From positions 148,118,001-148,182,000 of the forward strand of contig OX597815.1 of the NCBI GenBank assembly GCA_951406725.2: 64,000 nt of DNA. The letters run 5' to 3'. How positions within the stretch are numbered: the stretch's first letter is position 1; the number at the start of each line of letters is the position of its first letter. Position numbers and translations under genes: made by a program. Shown piece after piece: positions 27,500 to 41,220 of the stretch. The DNA is from Octopus vulgaris. Taxonomy: Eukaryota. The notes under the pieces are model-generated. The model made no database searches. It worked only from the letters and a program-made list of their open reading frames with translations, and was not told the DNA's origin.

Positions 27500-27760
27500 A
27501 TGTCTGACTAGCAAGGTGAAGCGGCTGACCTCCCCTGTTCGAAGGTTGTAATAGACGCAGGTTCGTGTGTCATATAGCTAGCTAGAGGCGAATGGCCTCT
27601 TGCAGATAATCAGCGACAGCTTTAGCCTTATATTTAGACTGCTATATTAGTATGGCGATAACTATTAATATCCAGTAACGCTGCCGTAATCTCCTTTAGA
27701 GAGACTTAGTAATTTTAATATTTCTATTATATATATATATATACATATGCATATATATAT

Positions 27761-28919
27761 GGAATCCGTGGAAAAGTTCTACACTAGATTAAGTATTTCC
27801 TGGCGAATAGAACACAACATGATGTAGTTGATGGAGTCCACTCAAGCCCAGCAAATGTCACCAGCGGTGTCCGCCAGGGGACTGTCTTGGGTCCGCTACT
27901 CTTCATGATTTCCATAAACGACCTTTCCAGTGCCGTACATTACTGCAATGTGAAAATATTTGCTGATGACTCTAAGCTCCAGCAAATCGTCAATGAAGAA
28001 GCAGACCGAACTGAACTCCAGTCTGATCTATATGCAGTGAGTCAATGGGCAGAGAGAAACAAAATGCAACTGAACGAGGGAAAATTTGAGCTGATGCATT
28101 TTGGAAGAAATTCCTTACTAAAACAGCCATACTCTCTTCCTTCAGGGGAACCGCTCACAGCCTCTAACAATATCAGAGACCTGGGTGTAATTGTTGATGA
28201 CGAGCTCAGTTGGAGTGCACACATCAACAAGAAGGTCGATATAGCTCGTAGGATGAGCTCCTGGATCTTAAGAACTTTCCGGTCCAGAGAATAAGGTGTC
28301 ATCATTCCTCTCCTTTGTACGGCCACACCTCGAATACTTCTGCCCACTGTGGTCTCCCCATACAAGACAAAACGTCTCGAGGATTGAATCACCCCAGACG
28401 GCACTCACTAAGCGAATTGAAGGCATGGCTGGTCTCGATTATTGGGATCGCCTTAAAGCCTTGAAATTCCACTCTCTCCAGCGTCGCCGTGAGCGGTACA
28501 TCATTTGTACGATGTGGAGAATATACCACCAACTTAGCCCAAACAACCTGAAAATTAGCTTCAATGTTCATCCAAGACTGGGAGCTCGGCCGATACGTCC
28601 CCTGCACAATTCAAGATCACAGCATAGATGTACACTGCAACATAATTTCTTTTCCTCAACAGGCCCTGCCCTATTTAACATTGTCCCGAAAGAGATAAAA
28701 GAGGAAAAGGATCTCATCAACTTTAAACGGAGTCTGGATAGATTACTTCAAGGAATACCAGATAAGCCACCCATAATCGGATACAACTCACCCAACAAAA
28801 ACACACTACTTGAATGGACCATAAACAAAACTTGACTTAAACAGGATTCAAATAATCCTATCAGGTGGTGCTATTAATTTAGACATGGCCTGGGCCAATC
28901 TTTGGTCGAAACATATCTA

Positions 28920-28922
<3 letters not shown>
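27761..28922 (+). mobile_element. 5'-truncated CR1/L2-group LINE (RT C-terminal half plus 3' UTR), fairly young
   Basis: SGVRQGTVLGPLLF, FADDSKL, RDLGVIVD, VRPHLEY.C.LWSP, YWDRLKAL, SLQRRRER; flanked by (TA)n. Confidence 0.93.
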
Positions 28923-28981
<59 letters not shown>

Positions 28982-29199
28982 TATATATATATATATGCAT
29001 ATGTATATATATATGCATACGTATATATAAATATGCATATATATATATATAAATATGCATATATATATATATATATATGCATATGTATATATATATATAT
29101 ATATATAAATATGCATATATATATATATACATATGCATATATATATATATATATGCATATGTATATTTATATACATATATATATATATATATACATATG

Positions 29200-29244
<45 letters not shown>

Positions 29245-29307
29245 CATATAATTACGCACACACACATACATATAAATAAGTTATATACATATATATTCAT
29301 ATATATA

Positions 29308-30360
29308 ATCGCCTTCTTGGTCCCGCTACCCTTTATGGTCTATGTACGTGAACGACCTTTCCAGTGAAAATATTCGCTGATGACTAAGCTTAAGAAAATT
29401 ATCAATGATGTAGAAAACTGAACTAAACTATAGTCTGATTTACATACTTGTGATTCAATGGACAGACAAAACCAAAACGCAACTAAACGAGGGAAAATTT
29501 GAGCTGATGCATTTTTGAAGAAAACTATGCTAAAACAGCAATACTTTCTTTTTTCAGGGGAACCATTCACAGCATCTAATAATATCAGAGAACTAAGAGT
29601 AACTGTTGACAACAATCTCAGATGGAGTACCCAAATCAACACTAAGGTCGATATAACTAAGATGATCTTGTCGACACTAAGAACCTGCTGGTACAGAGAA
29701 CAATTTGTCATCATTCCTTTTTCCTCATTCTTTGTACGGCTGCACCTCGAATACTGCTACTCCCCTGTAGATACTCCATATATACACACACACACGCCAA
29801 AAAAGAAAAAAAAAATTTGAAAACTGAATCAATCCGAATGTCATTCAGTAAAAGAATTACGGGTATGACCGATCGCGGTTATTAGGACAGCGTTAAGATA
29901 TTGAAAGTCTATTTTCTTCAGCGCCGCCGTGAGCGATACATCTTTTGGTTGATGTAGAATACGTACCAGTAGCATTACCTAAATGACCTCAACTTTAGCT
30001 TCAAAATTCGTCCAAGGCTAGGACCAGGGGCCAAGAGTCCCTTTCTCAATTTAGGACCACAACACATGAATACGCTGTAACATAAATTTTTATCACCAAC
30101 AAGCCGTGCGATATTTAACCTTGCCCCGAAACATATCAGAGAAAGGATCACGAAACCTTTAAACGGAATCTGGAGAAATTTCTTCAAGGAATAACAGGTA
30201 AGCCACCTATTCCTAAATATAATTCACTCAAAAAGAACCCCCTACTCGAGTGGCCATGATACCACAAAACTTGATTTATAAAGGATTTAGCTAATCCTAT
30301 CAGGTGGAGCTATTATGTAAGACATGGCCTGGACAAATCTTTGGTCGAAACCTTTCACAG
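29308..30360 (+). mobile_element. Older, decayed copy of the same CR1/L2-group LINE family
   Basis: Colinear similarity to 27885-28915 (gggaaaatttgagctgatgcattt; cagcgccgccgtgagcg; taatcctatcaggtgg). Confidence 0.9.
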
Positions 30361-30392
30361 TTATCTTTGTTATTTAATATATATTCACATAT

Positions 30393-30796
30393 AGGCGCAG
30401 GAGTGGCTGTATGGTAATAAGCTTGCTAACCAACCACATGGTCCCGGGTTCCGTCCCACTGCGTGGCATCTTAGGCAAGTGTCTTCTGCTATAGCCCAGG
30501 GCCGACCAATTCCTTGTGAGTTGATTTGGTAGACGGAAACTGAAAGAAGCCTGTCGTATATATGTATATACATATATGTGTGTGTATATGTGTTTGTGTG
30601 TCTGTGTTTGTCCCCCTAGCATTGCTTGACAACCGATGCTGGTGTGTTTACGTCCCTGTCACTTAGCGGTTTGGCAAAAGAGACCGATAGAATAAGTATT
30701 GAGCTTACAAAGAATAAGTCCCGGGGTCGATTTGCTCGACTAAAGGCGGTGCTCCAGCATGGCAGCAGTGAAATGACTGAAACAAGTAAAAGAGAG
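30393..30796 (+). mobile_element. SINE family B, full length (tRNA head, CORE-like domain, internal microsatellite)
   Basis: ggcgcaggagtggctgtatggtaa (A box), gggttccgtccc (B box), tggcatcttaggcaagtgtcttct. Confidence 0.9.
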
Positions 30797-33400
30797 AAAA
30801 AGATAGAGATATATATAATGTGTACATTTATGTATATCTTCATATATATATTCATTCATGTGTGTGTATAGCAGTTAAGGTGTGTTGTGCTCTTTGAGCA
30901 ATTCACTTCATTTCACCTTAGACCGCGATCGCTTCCCCATCAGATGTATGGCAGACTGGACACAGGTAATGTGGATTTCATTGAATGAGTGTGTGAACTG
31001 ATATGCAACATACATCTTTGATCACTATGTCTAAATCTTTCGTGTAGGTGGTACAGCAAGAACAGACGGAATCGTCTTGCTGAGATCGAGAGACAACCAT
31101 TACTTAATATTTCATATCACGTAAAATAAATATACATACTTTACATTACACACGCGTATATACATATAATAATTTACATAGGTAGAACAAAATGAGTTCA
31201 CCTCTAAAACATTATTTTTTCAATTTTTTTAGTATTTTTATCTTGAATGCAAACATTTTAAGATAAATTGCTTTCATTAGCAAATTTCAAGTACAACAAA
31301 TATGATGTTTTGAAATGATTTATTGTCTGTATATTTTAAGCAAATGGATCTATTCTTATGAAGTTGTAGCAAATAGCTCATTTTAGAAGAATGAAAAAAA
31401 TTCTTATGAGATAAAATCATCAGGAGTTAAGATGTGTTAATTACCTTTTTAATTATGGAATGCTATTTATAATACCAGAGAGACTATTTTACATTATAAG
31501 CGACTTTTGCTGTCATTAGTGATATCTAGTACATTACTGCAATATTAATGACTGACAACATCTAGCTGACCAGTATACACTCTTCCACACTTTATTAATT
31601 AGACATCAATACATTCTCTTCTTGTGTTCTTAATTGTTACTCTTCATCTATGCTATGACTAAAATCTTTGGCGATACCAGCTTTATATAGTTCACCAGTC
31701 AAATATATTAGTGTTTGGTATTGTGTTTTGTATCATTAATTATATACTGAGGAATCACTTATGAACTGTAGTTTCCATGGTCTTGATTAAGCCTGTTAAT
31801 TGGTCGATTTTATCCTTCATCCTGTGTGGGTCATAGACAACGAACCAAGCTTTTAAAAGTTCCATACTATTACTAGTAGCGTATAAGGATGGCTGTAACA
31901 CTTGCATATAATTCTTTTGTTCACACCAATGTGGTATATGTCAATTTGGTGTAATACGATGAATGAACAATCGCAAAATGTTCATATATATACATTCATC
32001 TATACATAAGTGTGTGTATATATATGCATGTGTATGTCTTTCCACATATGTACTTATAAGTGTATATATGTTTGTATGGAACTGACTTTGTGATTGTCAC
32101 TGTTTTCCATAGAAAGAAACAACTGAATCGTTTTACAGTATCTAGTAGCCAAATAAAGAAACATAGGTATCCTGTGAAACGTGGTGACCAGACACAGTGA
32201 TCTCTTTGTAATTGTTATTAATTTACACACACTTCATTTCTTTTTAATGACTAGTCATGTGGTCTTGTTGTAATTTTATTTTCAATATGTATTTTATCTT
32301 ACTTTAGAATTACAGTTTGAAAAGCCTTTTACAATTTGTCTTTATATCGACTAATAATATTTTATGTTTCAGATTTGAAATTTTCGTTTTCAAATTGGTT
32401 TACTGCAAGCGAAATCCGTTTCATTATCACAAACATAATGTTATACTTCCACCATATCATTTCACACATATTGAGTCTCACTCGATTTCTGCGTCTCTAG
32501 TGTACTAGGGTTTCTATCCTGATCATGAACTATAAATCCTGAAAATATGGCAACGTATAATCTCGCCTATATTTATTCCTCGCTCTTAAATTATTTTGAA
32601 CGTAGTCAATATAAAGATTTGTATTTGGTAAACAATTACGTTCAATTGTTCTCCATGATCACCCTGAGAGTCATTACTCGAGGACATTTGAATTTTACGT
32701 CATCTGTAAACGAGACATGCTTGTGGTGATTATACAACTTGCTGGCAGGAGATACCGAACGAAGTGATGTGTTTCTAATTCTATGTCTAATGTTAAATTA
32801 AATATAAACAGAAATGTCGACAACCTTACATCCACTAGAATATTAAGTTTAGTGAGTTGGAAATATTTAAAATTTAGTGGCCATGATGAATGAATGACTT
32901 TTATTCTCACTTGTATTGAAAAAAGTCTATTGGAAGCATATGTGCTTTAAGACATCCATGAATTCCATTGAAATGCGAAAATGGTTTGGCATATGTAGTT
33001 GACAACTTATCATAGATTCGTTATGCGTGACTAAATGTATATAACCGCTGTACAGGTAACTATAACACAATAGAGTCTTATCAAGCCATATGCACTGATT
33101 TCTACCTCAAGGAAATTCTACGTTTCTCTCTAGATTGAAGCTATATTACAAATAAAACCATGATTCATAAGCGTATATTTCGTTAAATAGAATCTAAATT
33201 GAAAACTGATGCAGTTGAGGCCCTATACTACATTACGTATTGCAGAGATGGATTTAATATTTTATGTTTCAATAAAAAGTGCGTCATTAATAAGAGACTT
33301 AATACCTCATGTCGATGAATATAGCATTGCTCATAACTTCCCCCTAGGTTCCTATGTATATATGTGTGTGTGTACACAGATACCTGATTATCTATCTATC

Positions 33401-34723
33401 TGATGCGCTACATCATGTACAGGGTAGTTAAGGAACCTGGCATAGGTGCGCCGCTGATCAGTTTGGGTCAGGCGGGTCAGGTGTTACTCGCCGACGCACA
33501 GGTTCTCCCCGACAACGTCATCCCACCTCCCCTCCACTAACCCTATATGGAACGCCTTCATGGAATTGAAGTTGCACAAGTTTAGCCCCGGACGACAGAG
33601 ATGCTTGAATGCAAAGCGACACACGCGGTGCCATTCGCCTAGCTTCAGTCTCTGTTTGATCCACGACTGCAGTTCGGGCAAAGAGACAAGCTGCGGGAAA
33701 GCAGGTCTGACAAACTGCGACCACTCATGGTCACAGTTGTCTATGACGGCATGTCTGCGCTTCATCAACCACAGCATGTCCAGCCCTCCATTTAGCGGGT
33801 GTTAATAGCAAATGGATCGTCTAACGACCGTGAAGGAATACCTGACCCGCCTGTTCAGGACAACTTTCGGGCCAGGACCTATGGACAACCACCAAAGATC
33901 CCTGGCCTGGCAGTGCACTCGGGAAGCATTGACTGTTCGAAATAAGCTATACATACACGGTTCGAGACACACCGGACCGACTTGCCCAGCATGCACTCGT
34001 GCAGTGTCCAACCATTTCGGACCTGTGGGCTTAGGCAGAACGGCTGCTGTCGTGTGTGGGACGAATTCGCTTGTCAGCCGAGTCTATCTTGAAAATTGCT
34101 CCGCAACCTACCCTTAACCAGGAAGGTAAGGCAGTTTTCATTGCACTAGTGGCTATGGTGAAAGAATGTGTGTGGTGGATTAGAGCGAAATGTTTAGAGA
34201 CAAACATTTCCTCTCTGGCCAATCGCTGACCAACTCTTTCAAATACCACTTGAGAAGAAATTTGAGAATAGAGAGTCAAGTTTTGTCTCATGAAAGATTC
34301 AATTAATGCTGGGTGAATGTAGCAAGTATGGTACGAGCGAATGACGAAACCACTTTGAGCATGATCCTGTAAATCCAAAAAAGTGTGTGTGTGTGAGAGA
34401 GAGAGAGAAGGGGGGGGAGACAAACAGAGACAGAGCACTTTGTTCTCATGTGTTTTTTCCCTCCCTGCCTGAGATTATCGTGATCTTTTTCGTAGGCTTT
34501 TCTTTCCACGAATCAACCTAATGTATTTTTTACATTTTGTTACTCTGTTCTGTGATACACGATCGCTTTTGATCTTTTTTTTTGTTTTTACACGATCCCC
34601 TTTTGATGGGAATTTTTCTTCCTTCTTTCTAGTTTTTTTCTTTTTCTTTTCTTTCGAAAAGAAAAGTTCTACGTTGAATATTGTTCCCTCTATGTTCGGC
34701 TCTGTATAGTTAATAAAGAAAGA
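33401..34723 (+). mobile_element. Tx1/L1-clade LINE 3' fragment (C-terminal zinc-binding region plus 3' UTR)
   Basis: LFRTTFGPGPMDNHQRSLAWQCTREALTVRNKL..GPTCPAC (zf-RVT-like); KECVWWIR; T-rich UTR; AATAAA at 34712. Confidence 0.75.
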
Positions 34724-34734
34724 TATCTATCTTT

Positions 34735-35790
34735 CTTATTTGGTATTGCATCAAATTTTGAGCGATTGATTGGAAAAAGTATAGCGAACTGGAAGACGGA
34801 ACTGACAGCATATGGAAGAAGTATAGTGACAATAGAAATCAGGAAGGGCATCTTCCAAGGGGACTGCCAGTCTCTTCTGAATTTTGTACTGTGCATGATA
34901 CCACTAACACTGATTCTGAGGAAAGCAAAGGCTGGGTGTATATTCAACAGCCGCAAACAAAATACCAACCACTTGTTATTAGTGGATGACCACAAACTTT
35001 ATTGTAAAGATGAATTCCAAGTCAGTTCCCTCGTTGATACCATGTATACTTTCAGTGCCGTATCAGAATGACTAAAAGTTTGGTGTGTTAGTCTTGAAGA
35101 GAGGCTAAATCAACTGTATGGACGATCTAGCGATACCATCAGAAGAAGGTTATGAAGGAAATAGAAGAGGCAGGATATAAGTATTTGGGTCATTGGAAAT
35201 AGATTAATTGATGGAGAAAGAAATGACAGAACAATTTAAGGTGGAGATCATTGAAGACAGACTGATCGTTAAATTGAACGGACGGAATAAGATTGAATAC
35301 GTCGTCGGTTTTACTCATTAGATATGAAGTAGGGTTAATTGTATGGACAATATACGAACTAAACAGCTTAGGTAGAAAGACAAGGAAGTTGCTGACTAGA
35401 TATGGTATACTTCATCCGAAATGTGACTAAGTCAAACTGTATGTACCAGAAGGAGAGGGGTAAGAGGACTGATTGCATGCGGACATTGTTTGGATCCTCT
35501 AATCTGTGCTCCTCAAAAGCAAACTTTAAGAACGTATTACATCAAATACAGAATAGGCAACACATCAGAAACTGATAAGTGCTGCATTTGTGGGCAAAAT
35601 GGTGAAACCTTATGGCGTATTAACAGTACGCTACTAGCCAAAAGCGAATATAAATGATGTCATGACCAGAGAGCAACGAGGGTCCATTGGATATTTTTCA
35701 ACAAATATTGACTTGACAGCGCAAAAATTAATACGAACATAAACCCAAAGGCATCATTGAAAAGGATAATGCAAAGATCGTGCCACCATG
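34735..35790 (+). mobile_element. R4/Dong-clade LINE RT and CCHC-region remnant
   Basis: RKGIFQGD..SLL.FVLCMIPLT, NHLLLVDDHKLY, YKYLG, CCICGQNGETL, LAKSEY, VHW. Confidence 0.8.
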
Positions 35791-35875
35791 AACAAAATAG
35801 AATTTTAATAGATATAAAATAGTCTGGAAAACTAAATGTTCGTGAAACCTTCGGTATTTAAAAATTTCACATTTT

Positions 35876-36107
35876 TATTTCTTTACTACCCGCAAGAGGC
35901 TAAACATAGAGGGGACAAACAAGGACAGACAAAGGGAATAAGCCGATTACATCGACCCTAGTGCGAAACTGGTACTTAATTTATCGACCCCGAAAAGATG
36001 AAAGGCCAAGTCGACCTCGGCGGAATTTGAACTCAGAACGTAGCGGCAGACGAAATACCATTAAGCATTTCGCCCGGCGTGCTAACGTTTCTGCCAGCTC
36101 GCCACCT
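35876..36107 (-). mobile_element. SINE family A, full length, young
   Basis: Head ggtggcgagctggcagaaacgttagc; B box gagttcaaattcc; central gcctttcatc..tcggggtcgataaattaagtaccag. Confidence 0.9.
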
Positions 36108-36117
36108 TTCACATTAA

Positions 36118-36347
36118 CCGATTACGTCCCACTGTCCTATAAATAGGATTCTAAATGAGAACATTAATTAAGCTATGTCCCATTGTTTCAGTGTCCTATT
36201 TATAGGACACCGAGTATTTCCTTTTCTATTTGAAATAATAATAATAATTTTAATAATTATTATTTCTTTCATTTTAACCAATTTTCAATCGTCTGTAATA
36301 ATTTGAAAGTAATATTCAGAAATTTAAGTACTCTGAGACTTAATGGG
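36118..36347. mobile_element. piggyBac-type MITE
   Basis: TTAA at both ends (36114-17 and 36348-51); imperfect TIRs ccgattacgtcccactgt / cccattaagtctcagagt. Confidence 0.6.
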
Positions 36348-36580
36348 TTAATATGAAACAATAAAATGCCACTTCGATAAATTTCAAAACAATAATACGT
36401 TTGATTTCTATGGTTCAAAGCAATATGAAGTGTTTAATAATATTTTTTTATACAAGTTGGGTGGCAGTGTGTGAGTGAGAGAATTGGTTGTTGTTTATTT
36501 TAGTGATGGAAGTTGAACTATCACGTGCTGATGCTCTTTTGTATAAATAGGCTTTAAGATATGATATTAACTCTTCCCAC

Positions 36581-37190
36581 GGTGGCGAGCTGGCAGAAAC
36601 GTTAGCACTCCGGGCGAAATGCTTAATGGTATTTCGTCTGCCGATACGTTCTGAGTTCAAATTCCGCCGGGGTCGACTTTGCCTTTCAAGCTTTCGGAGT
36701 CAATTAAATAAGTACCTGTTATGCACTGAATACGATATAATCGACTTAATCTGTTAGTCTGTTCTTGCTTGTCTTCTCTTTGTTTAGCCCCTTGTGGGTA
36801 GTAAAGAAATATGTATTTCGTCTGCCGAAACGTTCTGAGTTCAAATTCCGCCAGGGTCGACTTTGCCTTTCATCCTTTCGGGTTCAATTAAATAAGTACC
36901 AGTTACGCACTGGAGTTGATGTAATCGGCTTACTCCCTTTGCCTGTCCTTGTTTGTCCCCTTTATGTTTAGACCCCTGTGGACAATAAAGAAATAAGAAA
37001 CGTTATTACGCCGGTCGAAATGCTTAGCGGTATTTCATCTGTCTTTACGTTCTGAGTTCAAAATTCGCCAAGGTCGACTTTGCCTTTCCTTCTTTCGGGG
37101 CCGATAAATTAAGTACCAGTTGCGTACTGCGGTTCATCTGATCGTCTGGCTCGCTCTCCATAAATTCCGAGCCTTGTTCCTTGAGTAGAA
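36581..37190 (+). mobile_element. Three head-to-tail SINE family A copies
   Basis: gtatttc..ctg....acgttctgagttcaaa recurs at about 36630, 36813 and 37030. Confidence 0.9.
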
Positions 37191-37899
37191 AGGAATATGA
37201 ACTGTTCATCGGATCTTGCTTCTGTTGTTTGAGTGCTGTCATTCTGTTCTTCAATATTAAACTTTTCTCTGTTATGCTACTTAATGGAAGACTTCACTTG
37301 TTTTTGGATGGCAGGAAGAAAATAGCCTATTAGTTTGAAGTATATATATATAAGCTTCAATATCCGTATATCATTTGATGAAATATATGCTTAACAGTGG
37401 TTGTTTTTCATTATATTCCATGTGGTGAATTAGTGTTTTAAGCTCATAGAGCTGATCCATGTATTGTGTACAGAGGAAAAGACAATCGAATAAGTATCAC
37501 ATTTTTCTCATCGTGATTTTCAAACTCCTGGGAATGATATGTCATTTGGCTTTTATTTTTAGTACAATAGGTGAAGCTATCGAAAATGTTATCATTTATA
37601 TATAATTAAAAAATTAATAATTAATAGATGGTGTGCTTCGCATCATGTTGTCCCTTATACGAATTTAGATTATCTGATATTTAATATATAATTACGTGTT
37701 TTTGTAATATTCTAGTTTATATAACAGCGTTCATATTTATATTATACGTAAGATTCTCTATTACGTTGTAGCATTTTGAAATATACGATGTTTTTGCATA
37801 ATATATGAATGAATAAATAACATATAGACTTGAGTGTATTAGTATAGTCAATATTATCCAACCAAATATTAAACTAACACTTTGTCGGTTACGACGATA

Positions 37900-38195
37900 A
37901 GAGATCCAGTTGATCCGGTCAACGGAGCAGCCTTCTCGTGAAATTAGCGTGGAAGCAGCTGAGCATTCCACCGACAGGCGTACAATTACTGTAGTTCTCA
38001 ATGAGATTCAGCGTGACACAGAATCTGGAGAAGGCTGGCTCTTTGTATTACAGGTACAACTTTCTTAGAGCTGAGGTGACTGGAGTAAGGTGAATTAAGA
38101 CATCTCGCTCAAGGACTCAACGCGCTGACGGGAATCAAACTCCCAGCCTGCGATCGTGAACCAAATGCCCTAACTACTAATCTATGCGCTTTCAC
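37900..38195 (-). mobile_element. SINE family D (tRNA head plus CORE-like gtccttgagcgagatg)
   Basis: Similar to 61183-61438 (ctcgtgaaatta, gagattcagc, aggctggc, gccctaac). Confidence 0.8.
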
Positions 38196-40670
38196 AACAT
38201 TATGTTATGTAGTTTCTAAAACGATAATGTGCAAGATATTACACATCAGGAATAGTCTTATAACGGCTTCTCTGTTGGCTCTAAATTAGATCATTCGAAG
38301 AAATTGTTCATTTATCTAGTGTATCTCTGTATTCTGCTGTTAACAAAAATACGTATTTCTCTCACTAAAATCTTAGAACATGTTATTTAATATTGTATGA
38401 GTCTTTGCTTTAATATTTAATGAAACAAAATGCCACTTCGTCTTTTAATAAAGAAAAATTAATTGAATGAATTTACCATGAGCTCTAATTATCACCTTCG
38501 TAGAATTTGAATGGAAATGTTTAGCAAAGCAACGAGAAATCAATGTTCATTATCCCAAATACATGCGTCATTCATTATAAGACTAACCACATGCTTCAGA
38601 CACTCTTTTTGTATTAATGTGCATCATTCGTTGGTAGCATTCAATATCACTAACGCGTCTCAAAGAGAAAAGAGAAATAATATTTAATAACGGATTTACG
38701 GCATTATGCTGAGCTTATTTGCATTTATAATCAATTAGAACAAACTTTAACAAAAATATCCTCATAATTTGTTATATCAAAATATGAGCTTGTAACACCG
38801 ACTTCATCTGCTGCAATTTGTATTAGAGATATTGCTTTCATTTTTAATCATATCGTATGTGGGTGTCTCGTTTGAAATAATCTTAAAATATTCCTTCTGC
38901 AATTTCTCATTGATGACTGTTTCCGAAAATAATGTAATTTTCAATTCTAATAATGATGCATAACCTCCTACAATGTGTTATTGAAATTATACATTTCGAA
39001 TGTCGTATCGGAAAAAAAAATATCGAATACATTATTTATATTATTTACATTATTCACATTTGACAGATATTTGTCCTCATCTTGTTTGTTGTTAACACAG
39101 ATATAATATCGAATAGTTAGTAGTTGAAAACATTCATTACTATATATCTCCGGCAGCAGATCACCACTTTCCAGTATGCTGAAGTCTTTATCGAGTTCGT
39201 TTTGAAGCAGCGTCGTTTGAAACTCGATCAATGTGACACTAAACTGTGGGAAGATCGGAAACCGTAAAACCTGTAATGCTTATAGGTTTCACATTGCAAA
39301 TAATTTTACATAACATCGGCGATTTGCTTTTAAAAGGTCTTACAGGAAGTTGTGCTGTTCGTGCTAGCGATTTTATTTATAATTTTAATAAGTTTCTAGT
39401 ACATTATTTACGAGATCTCGAGTTTGCTGTAGTTGCTTTTGTATTGGTTAAGTAGACTATGAACTTTAATTGCTAAATATAAATAGAAAAAATTACGTAA
39501 TTTCTAGAGGGACACATTTCCTGCCAAAAAATAGAAATTACTAAAAGTAAATAAAACGCATATATCGAAATTGTGAGTTTAAGTTCCTCACTAGAGAACA
39601 GAATTAAGGATTACTACAGATTGGCAAAGGAAAAGCATATCGTGTTCCGGTATATATCCATAAAACACCAGAAAATTTGGACGACTTAAGTATTATTGTT
39701 ATACATTATTAGAATAAGTAATTCATAATCAGAGAAACATATTTTTCTGAATAGATGGAATTAACTAGAAGAATATAAGTGACCAAATGCAGTGTTTCCA
39801 ATCCGATAGTATCAGGTTATTGGGGATAAGAGATAAGAATTAAAAGCAAAGGAAAAGTACTGAAGGTGCATATATAAATATGAAGTAAATACTGCAACAA
39901 AAGTTGGCATGCAGAGTGTGTCACTGAAATATGAAGTAAAGGAAAAGAGTACGACAGAAACTAAAATACTGTATGGGATATGCAGCGAATGGCATTCATT
40001 GAGAACTGAACTCCTCTCATATGAATGTTGTCGACAATGATAAATAATATGGCAATGAGTTTGTGAAAGAATTGATATCAGAATTTCTATAAAATATACA
40101 CGAAGGTAATATATTAATCCCATTAACAATTATTAGATAATCAATTATAAGTATCAATATTAAGAAAAATTAATAATGATAATATGCGTCGTTTTGTTGG
40201 ACAGAAATATAAAAAAAAAAACTTTGTAAACAAGAAAAGTCACATGATCTGTGGCCCAAAGCTTATTCATTTTGCTAGATATACAAGCTGATAGGTCTCA
40301 CAAGGAGCCGCTCACCATTTTTGTGCGAATTCACGGGTAGTCGAGATAGGGTGAGAAGTGGGAGAAGGAAAGATAGGAAGACAGAGAAATGAAGACGAAA
40401 GTGATAGGAGGAAGCAGCATTTGAAATACAGAAATGCTGAATAACTTAGGTGGTGTAGGACGAAATGCTCCCAGGAAAAAAAAAAAAAAAAAAAAAATTC
40501 CGGAAACTAGAGATGAGAGAGAAAAAGTGAAGCAGCAATATAAATTAATCATTAATGATCTGTGAGAAGTTGAGGGGAACTTATGGAAGAGGAATAGGAA
40601 TAAATAGTATGATCATTAGTGACTATTAATTATTTACACATAACAACATTAACGGAAAATATCATTGCTA

Positions 40671-40755
40671 CAGGCGCGAGCGGTTATAAATTTGCTTCCC
40701 AACCACAAGGTTCATGCTTAAGTGCCACTGCGTGGCACATTCATTAAATTCATTT

Positions 40756-40797
<42 letters not shown>

Positions 40798-41182
40798 CGG
40801 GCTTTTGTCAGTTTCTATCGATCATATCCACTCACATGTTAGTCAGGCCGAGGGTGTATAGTAAAATGAATTTACTGAATGTGGGTGTGTCTTTGTGTAT
40901 GTTTTTGTTCCCACCACCTGTCGAAAACCGATGTTGGTGTCATCTACTCTTTTATTTGTTTCAGTCATTTGACTGTGGTCATGCTGGATGTGGGGCACGG
41001 CCTTTAGTCGAGCAAATCGAACCCACGACTTATTCTTTGTAAGCCTAGTACTTGTTCTATCGCTCTCTTTTCCGAACCACTAAGTTACGGGGACGTAAAT
41101 ACGCCTACATCAGTTGCCAAGCAATGTGCGGGGGGGGGGGCGCAAACAGAAACACACAAATACAAACACACACACACACACA

Positions 41183-41220
<38 letters not shown>

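Noticed and set aside
27961-27975. CTGATGA here and near 29377
   Set aside because: It encodes the FADD motif of reverse transcriptase.
28885-28920. ggcca-atctt-tggtc-GAAAC at the LINE 3' end (also near 30345)
   Set aside because: No CUGANGA-type core in either copy; better explained as the LINE 3' recognition stem-loop.
38968-39260. 87-aa minus-strand ORF preceded by an acceptor-like ttcccacag
   Set aside because: No recognisable domain, no clear donor, and a low-complexity Asn-rich tail.
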